From positions 1-64,000 of IMG/VR virus record IMGVR_UViG_3300037797_000133: a DNA stretch of 64,000 nt; one strand, given 5' to 3'. Below are positions 44,444-53,682 of the stretch, one piece after another. Position numbers and translations under genes: made by a program. The first letter of the stretch is position 1, and every line of letters begins with the position of its first letter. This DNA comes from a virus (lineage: Duplodnaviria; Caudoviricetes). The notes below the pieces were generated by a model. That model saw only the letters and a program-made list of their open reading frames with translations. It was not told where the DNA came from and did not search any database.

Positions 44444-45097
44444 GTGCCCGACCGAAGCATTGACCCCACCGACGCCAGCACCTGGCCCGACGTGTGCCCC
44501 GACTGCGGCAACGCCATCACCGTCACCCGCCAATGCATGGGCCATCGCACCTCCGACGGCGTCCACTGCGGCAACAAGGCACTCAAAGGCCAGGTCGTGT
44601 GCCGCAAGCACGGCGGCGCAGCCAAGCAAGCTCGAGCCAAGGCCAGCGAGCGCATCGAGGAGGCGCGGGCGAAGCGCACGATCGAGCAGGCGCTGGCCAA
44701 GATCGACCGGGACTCCCTCGGTGTCGTCGAAGCGATCGAACCCCTCGACGCCCTGCTCCTCGCCCTCTACCGGACCGCGGCGTTCGCCGGAGTGCTGCAC
44801 TCGGTGCTGTCGTCGGCGGACCTGGACGAGCTGACCCAGTGGGGTGCGACGGGCAAGCAGCTGTCGGTGTTCGCCGAGCTGTACATGCGGTTGACGGAGC
44901 AGCAGGCCAGGATCGCCTCCGCTTGCTTGAAGGCGGGCGTCGAGGAGCGGTCGGTGCGTCTGGCGGAGGGGCAGGCGGAGCTGATGGCGAGCGTGTTGCG
45001 GGAGTTCGCGAAGCGGTGCGGTCTGGATCTGGCGTCGCCGGAGGTGGCTGCGGCTGCGAGGGCGAGCCTGACGCTGGTCGAGGGCCGAGCGGCGTAG
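44444..45097 (+). CDS. HGG-motif zinc protein, possible terminase small subunit
   Basis: GGAGG RBS; CPDC, CGNKA...CRKHGG, helical C-terminus. Confidence 0.55.
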   Translation: MPDRSIDPTDASTWPDVCPDCGNAITVTRQCMGHRTSDGVHCGNKALKGQVVCRKHGGAAKQARAKASERIEEARAKRTIEQALAKIDRDSLGVVEAIEPLDALLLALYRTAAFAGVLHSVLSSADLDELTQWGATGKQLSVFAELYMRLTEQQARIASACLKAGVEERSVRLAEGQAELMASVLREFAKRCGLDLASPEVAAAARASLTLVEGRAA

Positions 45098-45156
45098 GTC
45101 AGCTACAGGTATGCGAACTACTTGACGAGTAGCTGAGCTACCCGCATACTGAGGGC
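45094..45156 (+). promoter_or_regulatory. Leaderless promoter with GTAG-N5-CTAC boxes
   Basis: TTGACG-N17-CATACT-N6-ATG(45157). Confidence 0.65.
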
Positions 45157-45315
45157 ATGACGAACGAAGAACTCCGCCGGATCGCCGGAGACTCCTATAC
45201 CGACATCGTCGCCGCCGGCGCCGACCCGCGGGCACACGCTCGGCTCGTCGACCGCCTCGGCGCCGACGAAGCCGAACACTGGATGTGGGTCGCTGGCCAG
45301 TGCCCGACGTCGTAG
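45157..45315 (+). CDS. Small hypothetical protein
   Basis: Leaderless start. Confidence 0.45.
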   Translation: MTNEELRRIAGDSYTDIVAAGADPRAHARLVDRLGADEAEHWMWVAGQCPTS

Positions 45316-46346
45316 ACCTCTACGGCGGCCCCGGCGGATGGGCCGAAGGCCTCCGCTCCCTCGGCCTCACCGACTTCGGCATAGACCGCGACCAGGCCTG
45401 TTACACCACCCGCCGCGCAGCGGGCCACGACGCCATACTCGGCGACGTCTCCGAGCTCGACCCCACCCGCTACTCCGCGTCCGGGCTGATCGGTTCGCCG
45501 CCCTGCCCGCTTTTCTCCGACGCCGGACTCCGCCACGGCGTGGCTGCCACCGACCTACTGGCTGGCGCCATCGGTGACGTCGCCCGCGGTCGGGATCCCC
45601 GCGCACAGCTTCGCCAGCAGGTCGCCGACCTCGTCGAACCCGCCATCTCTGCCGCTCACCCCGAGTGGGATGCCGGCACCCTCCTACTCGACGTCACCAC
45701 CCGCACCCGGGCCGAAGCCGAACGCCTCGCCGCCGAAGCTGCACAGGTTCTCGAGCCGGCCCGGTGGGCTCACTCCCTCCACCCCGAGTGGATAGCGCTG
45801 GAACAGGTGCGGGCCGTTCTGCCCATCTGGCAGGCCTACGCCGCCGCACTCGGCGAGCTCGGCTACGACACCGCCACCGGGATCGTCGACGTCGCCGATT
45901 ACGGCGTTCCGCAGCACCGCCGTCGGGCCGTCCTCGTCGCCAGCCGGGTCCGACCTGCCCGCCTCCCGATCCCTACCCATGGGCCCGGTCGGATCCCGTG
46001 GGTGTCGATGGCCACGGCTCTCGGGTGGAAGGCTGGCCGAGTCGGGTTCCCGCGCCGTGACGACGGCTCCGGCACCGCCACCGACGACGGGTACAGGGAT
46101 CGCGACTGGTGGCCAGTCGACGGGCCGGCGCCGACCCTCACCGAGAAGGCCCGCTCCTGGTCCGTCGTTCTCTCCTCCGGTCCTGACGCCGGGATGTCCC
46201 GCCCGCTAGAGCTCGCCGAGGCCCTCATCCTGCAGGGGTTCCGGGCCGACTACCCGTTGCACGGCACCCGGACGGATCGGTTCCGTCAGGTCGGCGACGC
46301 GGTCCCGCCCCCCCTCGCCGCGGCGCTCGTCGGGGTGGTGACGTGA
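45300..46346 (+). CDS. DNA cytosine-5 methyltransferase
   Basis: DLYGGPGG (I), GSPPC (IV), LEQV (VI), YGVPQHRRR (VIII), RQVGDAVPP (X). Confidence 0.92.
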   Translation: MPDVVDLYGGPGGWAEGLRSLGLTDFGIDRDQACYTTRRAAGHDAILGDVSELDPTRYSASGLIGSPPCPLFSDAGLRHGVAATDLLAGAIGDVARGRDPRAQLRQQVADLVEPAISAAHPEWDAGTLLLDVTTRTRAEAERLAAEAAQVLEPARWAHSLHPEWIALEQVRAVLPIWQAYAAALGELGYDTATGIVDVADYGVPQHRRRAVLVASRVRPARLPIPTHGPGRIPWVSMATALGWKAGRVGFPRRDDGSGTATDDGYRDRDWWPVDGPAPTLTEKARSWSVVLSSGPDAGMSRPLELAEALILQGFRADYPLHGTRTDRFRQVGDAVPPPLAAALVGVVT

Positions 46347-46380
46347 GCTGCACCTGATGCGATCCGGTGGGCATCACCGA

Positions 46381-46428
46381 GTATGCGAACTACTTGACAG
46401 GTAGGTCAGCTACCGGCAGACTGTGGGC
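46381..46428 (+). promoter_or_regulatory. Second copy of the leaderless promoter
   Basis: TTGACA-N17-CAGACT-N6-ATG(46429); shares an 18-mer and a 13-mer with 45094-45126. Confidence 0.65.
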
Positions 46429-46653
46429 ATGCCGAACCCCCCGCACCCCACCAACCCGAGCGCCATGGTCGACGACCCGGAGACCAAGAGCAGCTACATG
46501 GTCTACCGGGACGGGACCGACTGGGCCGCCAGCGGCAACGTCTGGGTGCCCGGCACCTTCGCCATCCGCTTCGACCTCGCGGACGCCATGACGTCCGCCG
46601 GCTTCCCTCAGCGGGTGCAGCGCAAGATCACGAAGGCCCTGGGCCAGTCGTGA
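46429..46653 (+). CDS. Hypothetical protein
   Basis: Leaderless start. Confidence 0.5.
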   Translation: MPNPPHPTNPSAMVDDPETKSSYMVYRDGTDWAASGNVWVPGTFAIRFDLADAMTSAGFPQRVQRKITKALGQS

Positions 46654-47126
46654 CCTCCGCCCCTCTCGGCGATCCGGTGGGCATCACCGAGATCGCCGAA
46701 CGTCTCGGCGTCGAGCGCCAGACCGCCCAGAACTGGGCCTACGCCCAAGCGCACGGGACGGCCAAGAACCCGATGCCCGCCCCGTGGCGGATCATCGGCG
46801 GCCGCACTCCGATCTGGCATTTCCCCGACGTGGCCGAGTGGCACGCCGCCAAGGATCCCCGGGGTGGACGGGCGCGCACCCTCCAGCCGACGACTGAGGC
46901 GAGCGACGTCCTCGAGCCGTCGCCCGCATCGAACGGTGACCGCCCTCTGTTCGCCGCTCCTGCGGTCAACGTGGCCGGCTCGGCGTGGACGTGGTCCGTC
47001 GAGGTGAACGGCAAGCGGGTGACGGCACGTGCCTCGTCTCGCCGCGATCTTCGGGGCAAGGCGAAGGAGCGGGTCGCCCGCGAGCTCGGTCACGACGACT
47101 TCGACGTAGAGGTGACGGACGCATGA
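46650..47126 (+). CDS. AlpA-like HTH protein with HicB-like C-terminal domain
   Basis: VGITEIAERLGVERQTAQNW...PIWHFPDVAEW; WSVEV...TARASSRRDL. Confidence 0.6.
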   Translation: MTSAPLGDPVGITEIAERLGVERQTAQNWAYAQAHGTAKNPMPAPWRIIGGRTPIWHFPDVAEWHAAKDPRGGRARTLQPTTEASDVLEPSPASNGDRPLFAAPAVNVAGSAWTWSVEVNGKRVTARASSRRDLRGKAKERVARELGHDDFDVEVTDA

Positions 47127-47485
47127 GCGCCGAGACCGAGCGCATCGTGCGCGCCCTGGCCGCTGAGTCGCCGCTGCTGGTCGACGACCCGGTCGGCGCG
47201 GTCGGCTGCCTGCTGTGCCTCGACATCGGCCGTCCGCCGGCGAACGACGAACCCGAGCCGCATGACCCCTCCTGCCCTTGGCGTCTGGCCCGAGAGTGGG
47301 TAGCGAAGCACCCCGAGTCCGGCGGCGAGCCTTCTCGCCTTGAGGGGGCGGCACAGCGCCTCCTCGACGGCGTGACGCCGTTCATCTCGGCGCTGGAGTG
47401 CGAGCACGGCGTCGACGGCGAGGAGCTGTACGCCGACCTAGCGGAAGCGATCGGTTTGCCTCGGAACTACCGCCCGTCGGACTAG
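47123..47485 (+). CDS. Hypothetical protein
   Basis: CLLC...HDPSCPW. Confidence 0.5.
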   Translation: MSAETERIVRALAAESPLLVDDPVGAVGCLLCLDIGRPPANDEPEPHDPSCPWRLAREWVAKHPESGGEPSRLEGAAQRLLDGVTPFISALECEHGVDGEELYADLAEAIGLPRNYRPSD

Positions 47486-47552
47486 CCCTGCATCCGCCGC
47501 CCACGCTCCGAGTTTGTGCAACCACCCGGTAGCACGTGTAACACTCAGAGTG

Positions 47553-48128
47553 ATGACGAGTGACCCACAGCGTTGGGAGGACTGGGCTGCATGCGAAGGG
47601 CTCGACCCCGGCCTGTGGTTCCTTGACAAAGGACACGTCCTCAGCCCGAAGGCGAAACAGACGTGCCACGACTGCCCCGTCTTCTTCGCCTGCCTGGAGC
47701 AATCGCTCGGCCGACGTGAGACCCACGGCGGTTGGGCCGGCGCCGCGCCCCGCACCCGCCGGGTCCTCTGGCACGCCTGGGTCGCCCGCACCCACGACTA
47801 CGACCCGGCTTGCACCCGCAGCTCGTGTTGGTGCCGTGTCGCCGAGACGCACCGCGAGTCGCTGATCGAGTCGAGCACGCCGCTCCAGCTGAACGGGCCG
47901 GGCGCCCGATGCGGCAAGCGCAGCACGTACGCCCGTGGCTGCCGGTGCCTCGCCTGCCGCACGGCGATCTCACCGACCGGGGTGCGGATGCGTGACGCCG
48001 GCATCGACATCCTCGCCTGGTTCGAACGCTGGTTCGACGGCGACGCCCGCTACGACGACAGCGTGATGCCGCTCGTCCGGCGCATGGCCAAGTACGAGAT
48101 CACCGACGGCGAAGCCGCAGCGGCGTGA
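47553..48128 (+). CDS. whiB: WhiB-family regulator with C-terminal Cys-rich extension
   Basis: AACEGLDPGLWF...CHDCPVFFAC...HGGWAG. Confidence 0.8.
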   Translation: MTSDPQRWEDWAACEGLDPGLWFLDKGHVLSPKAKQTCHDCPVFFACLEQSLGRRETHGGWAGAAPRTRRVLWHAWVARTHDYDPACTRSSCWCRVAETHRESLIESSTPLQLNGPGARCGKRSTYARGCRCLACRTAISPTGVRMRDAGIDILAWFERWFDGDARYDDSVMPLVRRMAKYEITDGEAAAA

Positions 48129-48691
48129 GCATCTTCGACGGTCTCGCCCTCGGCACCTACCGGCTCGTGTGCATCGACCCGCCGTGGCCAGCCGACATCA
48201 CTCAACGCCTCGGCGGCGCCGGCCGTCGACGTCGCAGCCGGGCAGCCGACCACTACGCCACGATGAGCCTCGACGACATCCGGGCGTTGCCGATCAGCGA
48301 CCTCGCCGCCCCCGACGCCTGGTGCGTCCTGTGGGTCACGAACGCCGTCATGACCCGCGGCGACCACGCCGGCCTGCTCGAGGGGTGGGGGTTCCGTCCG
48401 ATCACCGCTGTCACCTGGTGCAAGCCGGGCGGCGGTGGGTTGGGCGTCTACTTCCGTGGCGCCACAGAGCACGCCCTGATCGGCGTCAGGGGCACCGGCA
48501 CCGTGCCGGCTACGCCGTGGCCCTCCACCTGGTTCCAGGCGGCGAGAACGCATCACAGCGCCAAACCCGACGCGCTCATGGACATCCTCGAGCTGGTCGG
48601 CCCGACACCACGGGTCGAGCTGTTCCAGCGCCGGCCCCGGTTCGGGTGGGATGGCTGGGGCGCCGGCTACGAGTCGCAGGTGTCGGCGTGA
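48125..48691 (+). CDS. MT-A70 family adenine methyltransferase (second copy)
   Basis: IDPPW, LWVTN, TEHALIG, HSAKP, VELFQR. Confidence 0.88.
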   Translation: MSIFDGLALGTYRLVCIDPPWPADITQRLGGAGRRRRSRAADHYATMSLDDIRALPISDLAAPDAWCVLWVTNAVMTRGDHAGLLEGWGFRPITAVTWCKPGGGGLGVYFRGATEHALIGVRGTGTVPATPWPSTWFQAARTHHSAKPDALMDILELVGPTPRVELFQRRPRFGWDGWGAGYESQVSA

Positions 48692-48954
48692 CCCGCCTCC
48701 GCCGCCACGGAGGCACACCCGAACAGCACACGGCCGGCCCTGGCTCGCTGTGCCTCGGCTGCCACGCCGGCACCCTCCGTCCCGTGGGCGACGTCCTCGT
48801 GTGCGGCGAGTGCCGCCGCCACGTCGACCCGGGCCCGTTCACCGCAGCGCGCCTAGCCGAGCTCGCGGCGGACCGTGGCGTGACCCTCGACTCCGTCGGG
48901 TCGCTGCGCCGCAAGCGGGGGCGAGCGCTGCCCCGAGCGGGAACCCCCACGTAG
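48688..48954 (+). CDS. Zinc-ribbon protein
   Basis: CLGC...CGEC. Confidence 0.45.
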   Translation: MTRLRRHGGTPEQHTAGPGSLCLGCHAGTLRPVGDVLVCGECRRHVDPGPFTAARLAELAADRGVTLDSVGSLRRKRGRALPRAGTPT

Positions 48955-48957
48955 CCC

Positions 48958-50448
48958 ATGGCTGCGCCGATGCTCGCCGTCACCGGCAGGTGCCCACACG
49001 GCAAGGCATCGGCGCGCCTGTGCGCCTTCTGCATCGCCGCCGAGTCGTTCGCTCCGCCGCCGCCCGAGCGTGTCTCGCCGGTGGCGTTCGCTGAGCGCTA
49101 CAGCCGCGGCCAGTACAAGCGGTTCCGTCACGTCGAGATCATCGAGGAGGCGATCCTCGACACCATCGCTACCGGGGGGCGGCTGATCCTGTCCGCCTCG
49201 GTGCGCCACTCGAAGTCGCAGACGGCGTCGATGTGGTTCCCGGCCTGGTACCTCGGCACTCACCCGGACAAGCGGGTGATCCTCGCCGGGCACGAGGCCG
49301 ACTTCGCTGCCCGCTGGGGGAGAGCGGCGAGGGACATCCTCACCGAGCACGGTCCGGAGGTGTTCGGCGTCGAGGTGTCCCGCCGCAGCGAAGCGGCGAA
49401 CCGCTGGGATCTCGCCCGCCCACACGTCGGCGGCATGCTCACCGTCGGCGTAGGAGGGAGCCCGATAGGCCGTGGCGCCGACCTCATGGTCCTCGACGAT
49501 GTGTGCAAGTCGTTCGAGGACGCCATGTCCCCGCTGAAACGCCGCCGGCTGATCGACTGGTGGACGGGCACCATGGCCAGCCGCATCGAACCCGGGGGCG
49601 CTGTGATCCTCATCCAGGCCCGATGGCACGAAGAGGACTTGGCCGGGTTCCTGCTGCGCGAGGCGCCCGAGGTGTGGAAGGAGCTGCGCCTCCCGGCGCT
49701 GTGCGACGACCCCGAGAACGACCCGATGGGCCGCGATCTCGGCGAGGCCCTGTGGCCGGAGCGGTGGCCGAAGGAAGCGCTCGAGGAGCGTCGCAGGGAG
49801 GTGTCGCTGTCGCTGGGCGAGGTGGTGTGGCGGGCCCAGTACCAGCAGCGCCCGACCCGGCCCGAGGGTGGCATGTTCCCGGAGGACCGGTGGGAGTTCG
49901 TGTCGGCCGAGCGGTACGACTGGAACCCGAGGTGGGTCCGGTCGTGGGATCTGGCGGCGACGTCGGGCGGCGGCGACTACACGGTCGGCGTGCTGATCGG
50001 TGCGCTCGACGACGGACGCACCCTGATCCGTGATGTGCGGCGGGGCCAGTGGTCGGCGGACGAGGTGCGCGACCAGATCCGCCGGGCGGCACAGGACGAT
50101 CCGTCCGGGACGAGGGTGGAGCTGCCGCAGGACCCGGGGCAGGCGGGCAAGGACCAGGTGCAGCAGCTGACCCGCATGCTGTCCGGCTACGACGTCCACT
50201 CACAGCCGGTCACCGGGTCGAAGGAGGTGCGGGCTACGGGTCTGTCGGCGCAGCAGCGGGCCCGCAACGTGCTGCTGTGGGAGGCGCCATGGAACGGCCC
50301 GTTCATCGCCGAGCTGGCGGCTTTTCCACAGGCCGCTCACGACGATCAGGTCGACGGGGCGACGGGCGGGTTCGATGCGTTGCACCGCGGGTCGGGTCCG
50401 GTGCAGGAGTCGAGCTGGAAGGACTACGGGCGCCTGTCCCGCAGGTAG
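48958..50448 (+). CDS. Terminase large subunit
   Basis: VRHSKS Walker A-like, GRGADLMVLDD, QARWHEEDL, nuclease WDLAAT...DDQVDG. Confidence 0.92.
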   Translation: MAAPMLAVTGRCPHGKASARLCAFCIAAESFAPPPPERVSPVAFAERYSRGQYKRFRHVEIIEEAILDTIATGGRLILSASVRHSKSQTASMWFPAWYLGTHPDKRVILAGHEADFAARWGRAARDILTEHGPEVFGVEVSRRSEAANRWDLARPHVGGMLTVGVGGSPIGRGADLMVLDDVCKSFEDAMSPLKRRRLIDWWTGTMASRIEPGGAVILIQARWHEEDLAGFLLREAPEVWKELRLPALCDDPENDPMGRDLGEALWPERWPKEALEERRREVSLSLGEVVWRAQYQQRPTRPEGGMFPEDRWEFVSAERYDWNPRWVRSWDLAATSGGGDYTVGVLIGALDDGRTLIRDVRRGQWSADEVRDQIRRAAQDDPSGTRVELPQDPGQAGKDQVQQLTRMLSGYDVHSQPVTGSKEVRATGLSAQQRARNVLLWEAPWNGPFIAELAAFPQAAHDDQVDGATGGFDALHRGSGPVQESSWKDYGRLSRR

Positions 50449-50468
50449 CCCGACGTACGATCGTCGGC

Positions 50469-50702
50469 ATGCCAGGCGATAGCGAACCCCAGCTCATGTA
50501 CTACGAGCAGCCCGAGGGCGCTCCTGAGCTGCTCACCCGCGTGGACCCGGCGTCGCCGTTGGCAGTGCACACGGCCGCGGGCTGGGTCATCTACGACCGG
50601 CAGCCGGACGGCTCGATGAGGGAGCGTGAGGGCGGTCCGTTCGCCGAGTTGCACTGCGTGGTGACGAACCCCCTCCCACCTGCATCCGCTGTTCGCCCGT
50701 AA
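50469..50702 (+). CDS. Hypothetical protein
   Basis: Small ORF after terminase. Confidence 0.45.
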   Translation: MPGDSEPQLMYYEQPEGAPELLTRVDPASPLAVHTAAGWVIYDRQPDGSMREREGGPFAELHCVVTNPLPPASAVRP

Positions 50703-50769
50703 CGCCACTACCACCATCGGCGTTCTTCGGTAGGGCCACTCGGCCCTGCGACTCAATGAGGAGCGCTAC

Positions 50770-51588
50770 GTGAGACCCTTCCGTATCTCGGCTGTCCTAC
50801 TGACGGCCGGCCTGTTCCTGGCCGTCGGCGCCACGGGTGCCCCCGCCCCCGCTTCGGCTGCCCCGGCGACGTGTGGCCCGCATCTCAACGAGGTGGAGAT
50901 CGCCTCGCGTCGGCCGCACTGCACGACCACGACCACGGTCGCTGTGCCCGTCGCGATCACCCCCGACCTCCCGACCCTCGTGTGCGTGGACGGCAAGACG
51001 TTCCTGTCGGTCCCGGAGCCGCCCCTCGGCGTCGCCGGCTACCGCCTCAACGACGAGCCGGTCGAAGGCACGGTCGAGATCGAGGACGGCACCCACACGG
51101 TGAGCGTCGTGCTGCTCGACGGCTACGTCCTCGAAGACGGCGCTGCGGCCGAGGCGGAGATCGAGGCGCCGATCGCCGACTGCACCCCGCCGGTCGAGAC
51201 CACGACGACCACGGAGGCCCCGGTCGAGACGACCACGACGGTCGTGGACACGGTGCCGGAGACGACGACCACCGTCGCCGAGACGACCACCACGGTGCCC
51301 GAGACCACGGTCCCCGGTGTGACGGAGCCGACGTGCGCCGACTACCCGGGCATGAACATCCCCCGCGACGACCCCCGCTACCGGCCCGCCCTCGACGCTG
51401 ACGGCGACGGCATCGCGTGTGAGTCCGCTGTGGACAACGCCGTGTCGTTCACGCCTGTCGCCCGGGGCGGGGAGCTGCCGCGGACCGGGTCGACGGTCGC
51501 GCCGTGGGTGGCAGCAGGTGCCGCTCTGCTCCTCATCGGCGGGGCGCTCGTCGCTCTATCGTCGAAGGGCGCGCTGCTGCGCCGCTAG
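50770..51588 (+). CDS. Sortase-anchored surface protein with excalibur Ca-binding domain
   Basis: Signal peptide, ETTTT linker, CADY...LDADGDGIACE, LPRTG + TM + RR. Confidence 0.85.
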   Translation: MRPFRISAVLLTAGLFLAVGATGAPAPASAAPATCGPHLNEVEIASRRPHCTTTTTVAVPVAITPDLPTLVCVDGKTFLSVPEPPLGVAGYRLNDEPVEGTVEIEDGTHTVSVVLLDGYVLEDGAAAEAEIEAPIADCTPPVETTTTTEAPVETTTTVVDTVPETTTTVAETTTTVPETTVPGVTEPTCADYPGMNIPRDDPRYRPALDADGDGIACESAVDNAVSFTPVARGGELPRTGSTVAPWVAAGAALLLIGGALVALSSKGALLRR

Positions 51589-51632
51589 GTCGTTCGGGCA
51601 CAAGACGTCCCCAGCCGTCGCCCGAGCTAGAG

Positions 51633-51669
51633 CACCCGCCCGCCGGTCCCCCCTTAACCGGCGGGCGGT
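51633..51669 (+). terminator. Hairpin after surface-protein gene
   Basis: CCGCCCGCCGG/CCGGCGGGCGG stem. Confidence 0.55.
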
Positions 51670-51736
51670 GTCGCGTCTGGGCACTGGTGCGCGCCTGCAT
51701 CCCGCCTGATCCCCTGGTCTCCGCCACGGTCGGCGG

Positions 51737-53623
51737 GTGGCCGGCACCAACGCACCCGTATTCGACGTCTGGGCGCCGCTCAATCACTTCCTGGCGATGG
51801 AGGACGACCCCGGGTCGTTCGGTCTCCTCTCACCCAGCTGGATCAGCGCCGAGCATCACCGCCGTTTGCGGGCCTACAAGCTGCTCGCCGCCCTGCGGTT
51901 GAACAACCGGCGCTACTACGCCTCGACGGTCAAGACGGTCTGCGACCAGTTCCGGGAGTACGGCGACGCCGACCTCCTCGTCGACACCACACGGGCAGGC
52001 GTGCTCGGCCGGGACCCCGAGCTGGTCGTCGACGGCGCCGACGTCGATCTGCCCGACGCACCAGTCCTCCCGCCCGAGCCCGAGACGCCGAAGGACGAAC
52101 CGTCGGACTCGCCGTCGGTGTCCGCCGCGATCCGCACCCGGGTGTACGACACGCAGCTGGCCCGCTGGGAGACCGACGCCCTCGCCGCCGTCGACGAGTG
52201 GGAACGCCTGTGGACCGACCTGCCCGGCCTCCAAGAGCGGCAGCGCTGGTACCGGGACTGGGCGAAGAAGGAGTCGTTCTGGGCGAAGATCCACGAGGGC
52301 GAGGGCGACACCGTCGGTCTCGGTGACGGCGTCTACGCGCTGCGCTGGTCGACGAAGAAGAAGCGGGTCAAGCTCGACGTCTTCGACCCGGGCCACTACT
52401 TCCCGGTCCGGAACCTCGAAGGCGACGACGACGGCTACCCGCGCAAGATCCACCTGGCGTGGGAGTTCGAGGACGACGACGGCAAGAAGTTCGTGCGTCG
52501 CCTCACCTGGGAACTCGGCCCGATCGAACCGGTGGGCGACAGCCTGCGGGTCGGAGACCGCTACGCCGCCGACGGCCGCATCGTCCGCGACCTCCCGTGG
52601 GTCGACCCCGACGAGGACGACTACGAGCCTGCGGCGGAGACCTGCTACTTCTCGGCCGGCGTCTGGGACCTGAGCAAGGTCCGGTCGCTCACTTCCCTGG
52701 CTGACGTGTCCGACGGCGCCGCCCGGTGGGACGAGAACGAGGACGGCACCCCGGCGTACCGCGTCGACCTCGGCGTGGACTTCATCCCGGTCGTGCATGT
52801 CCCCGACACCCCGACGGGTCGGGAGCACTTCGGGGCGTCGGTCCTGCTGCGTGTCGCTCAGCTGCTCGGCGACATCTCCGTTGGCGACACCGACTCGGCC
52901 GCCGCGTCCGAGCTCGCGGCGGGTCCGGCGATCTCCCTGTCCGCCTCGGTGAACGCCGGGGAGACGCTGCACGTCCGACCCGGCGCCGTCTACCAGGTGG
53001 GCGAAGGCGGGCGCATGGACGTGCTCGACCTGTCGACCGGGCTGGCCGAGCTGCGCAAGCGGGTCGTGGAGCTGCGCGACTTGCTGTCCGTCAACGCCCA
53101 GGTGCCCGGGGTGGCGCTCGGTCGCATCGACCCGGGCGAGGCCCCGTCGGGTGTGGCGCTGGCGATGCTGTTCTCCCCGTTCGGGCAGCTCGTGGGCGCA
53201 CTCCGGATGGTCCGCGAGGAGAAGTACGGGCTCATGCTCCGGATGGTCGCCAGGCTTAGTCAGGTCGGGGGGGCCCTCGAGCCTGGTCCGAACCCGCCGG
53301 CCGGCATCGCTTTCGGCCCGTTCCTGCCGACGGACCGGACGGCTGTGGTCAACGAGGTCGCATCGCTGCTGGAAGCGGGCGCCATCTCCCGTCAGTCCGC
53401 CGTACAGACCCTTGTCGCCGCCGGCTGGACGATGGACGACGCCAGAGGCGAGGTCGACCGCATCCGGCTTGATCGTGAGGACGCTCGGTCAATTGCGGAC
53501 GCAACAGGGTCGGAGCAGCTTGGCGCCGACTACCTCGGGATGGAGCTGCCAGATACGGCAGCTCCCACCGTGTCTGCCCCTCAGATCTCACTCCCTGGCG
53601 CCATCGCTGACCAGGTAGAATGA
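51737..53623 (+). CDS. Portal protein
   Basis: Size and position after terminase; GDGVY, PSGVAL, ISRQSAV. Confidence 0.75.
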   Translation: MAGTNAPVFDVWAPLNHFLAMEDDPGSFGLLSPSWISAEHHRRLRAYKLLAALRLNNRRYYASTVKTVCDQFREYGDADLLVDTTRAGVLGRDPELVVDGADVDLPDAPVLPPEPETPKDEPSDSPSVSAAIRTRVYDTQLARWETDALAAVDEWERLWTDLPGLQERQRWYRDWAKKESFWAKIHEGEGDTVGLGDGVYALRWSTKKKRVKLDVFDPGHYFPVRNLEGDDDGYPRKIHLAWEFEDDDGKKFVRRLTWELGPIEPVGDSLRVGDRYAADGRIVRDLPWVDPDEDDYEPAAETCYFSAGVWDLSKVRSLTSLADVSDGAARWDENEDGTPAYRVDLGVDFIPVVHVPDTPTGREHFGASVLLRVAQLLGDISVGDTDSAAASELAAGPAISLSASVNAGETLHVRPGAVYQVGEGGRMDVLDLSTGLAELRKRVVELRDLLSVNAQVPGVALGRIDPGEAPSGVALAMLFSPFGQLVGALRMVREEKYGLMLRMVARLSQVGGALEPGPNPPAGIAFGPFLPTDRTAVVNEVASLLEAGAISRQSAVQTLVAAGWTMDDARGEVDRIRLDREDARSIADATGSEQLGADYLGMELPDTAAPTVSAPQISLPGAIADQVE

Positions 53624-53682
53624 CGAGGAGTGGCCGGGGCGTGCTCGAACACCCCCGGCCGTGGTCAACCACCTAGTGAGAG

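Noticed and set aside
46429-47126. HicAB-type toxin-antitoxin pair
   Set aside because: The upstream ORF lacks recognisable HicA features; the HicB-like call rests on a weak pattern
48958-50448. Intein or intron in terminase, portal or capsid
   Set aside because: Lengths are ordinary and no splicing motifs are seen; the HNH gene is free-standing after the portal
51190-51310. ACCACGAC-type tandem repeats
   Set aside because: They encode the Thr-rich stalk of the surface protein
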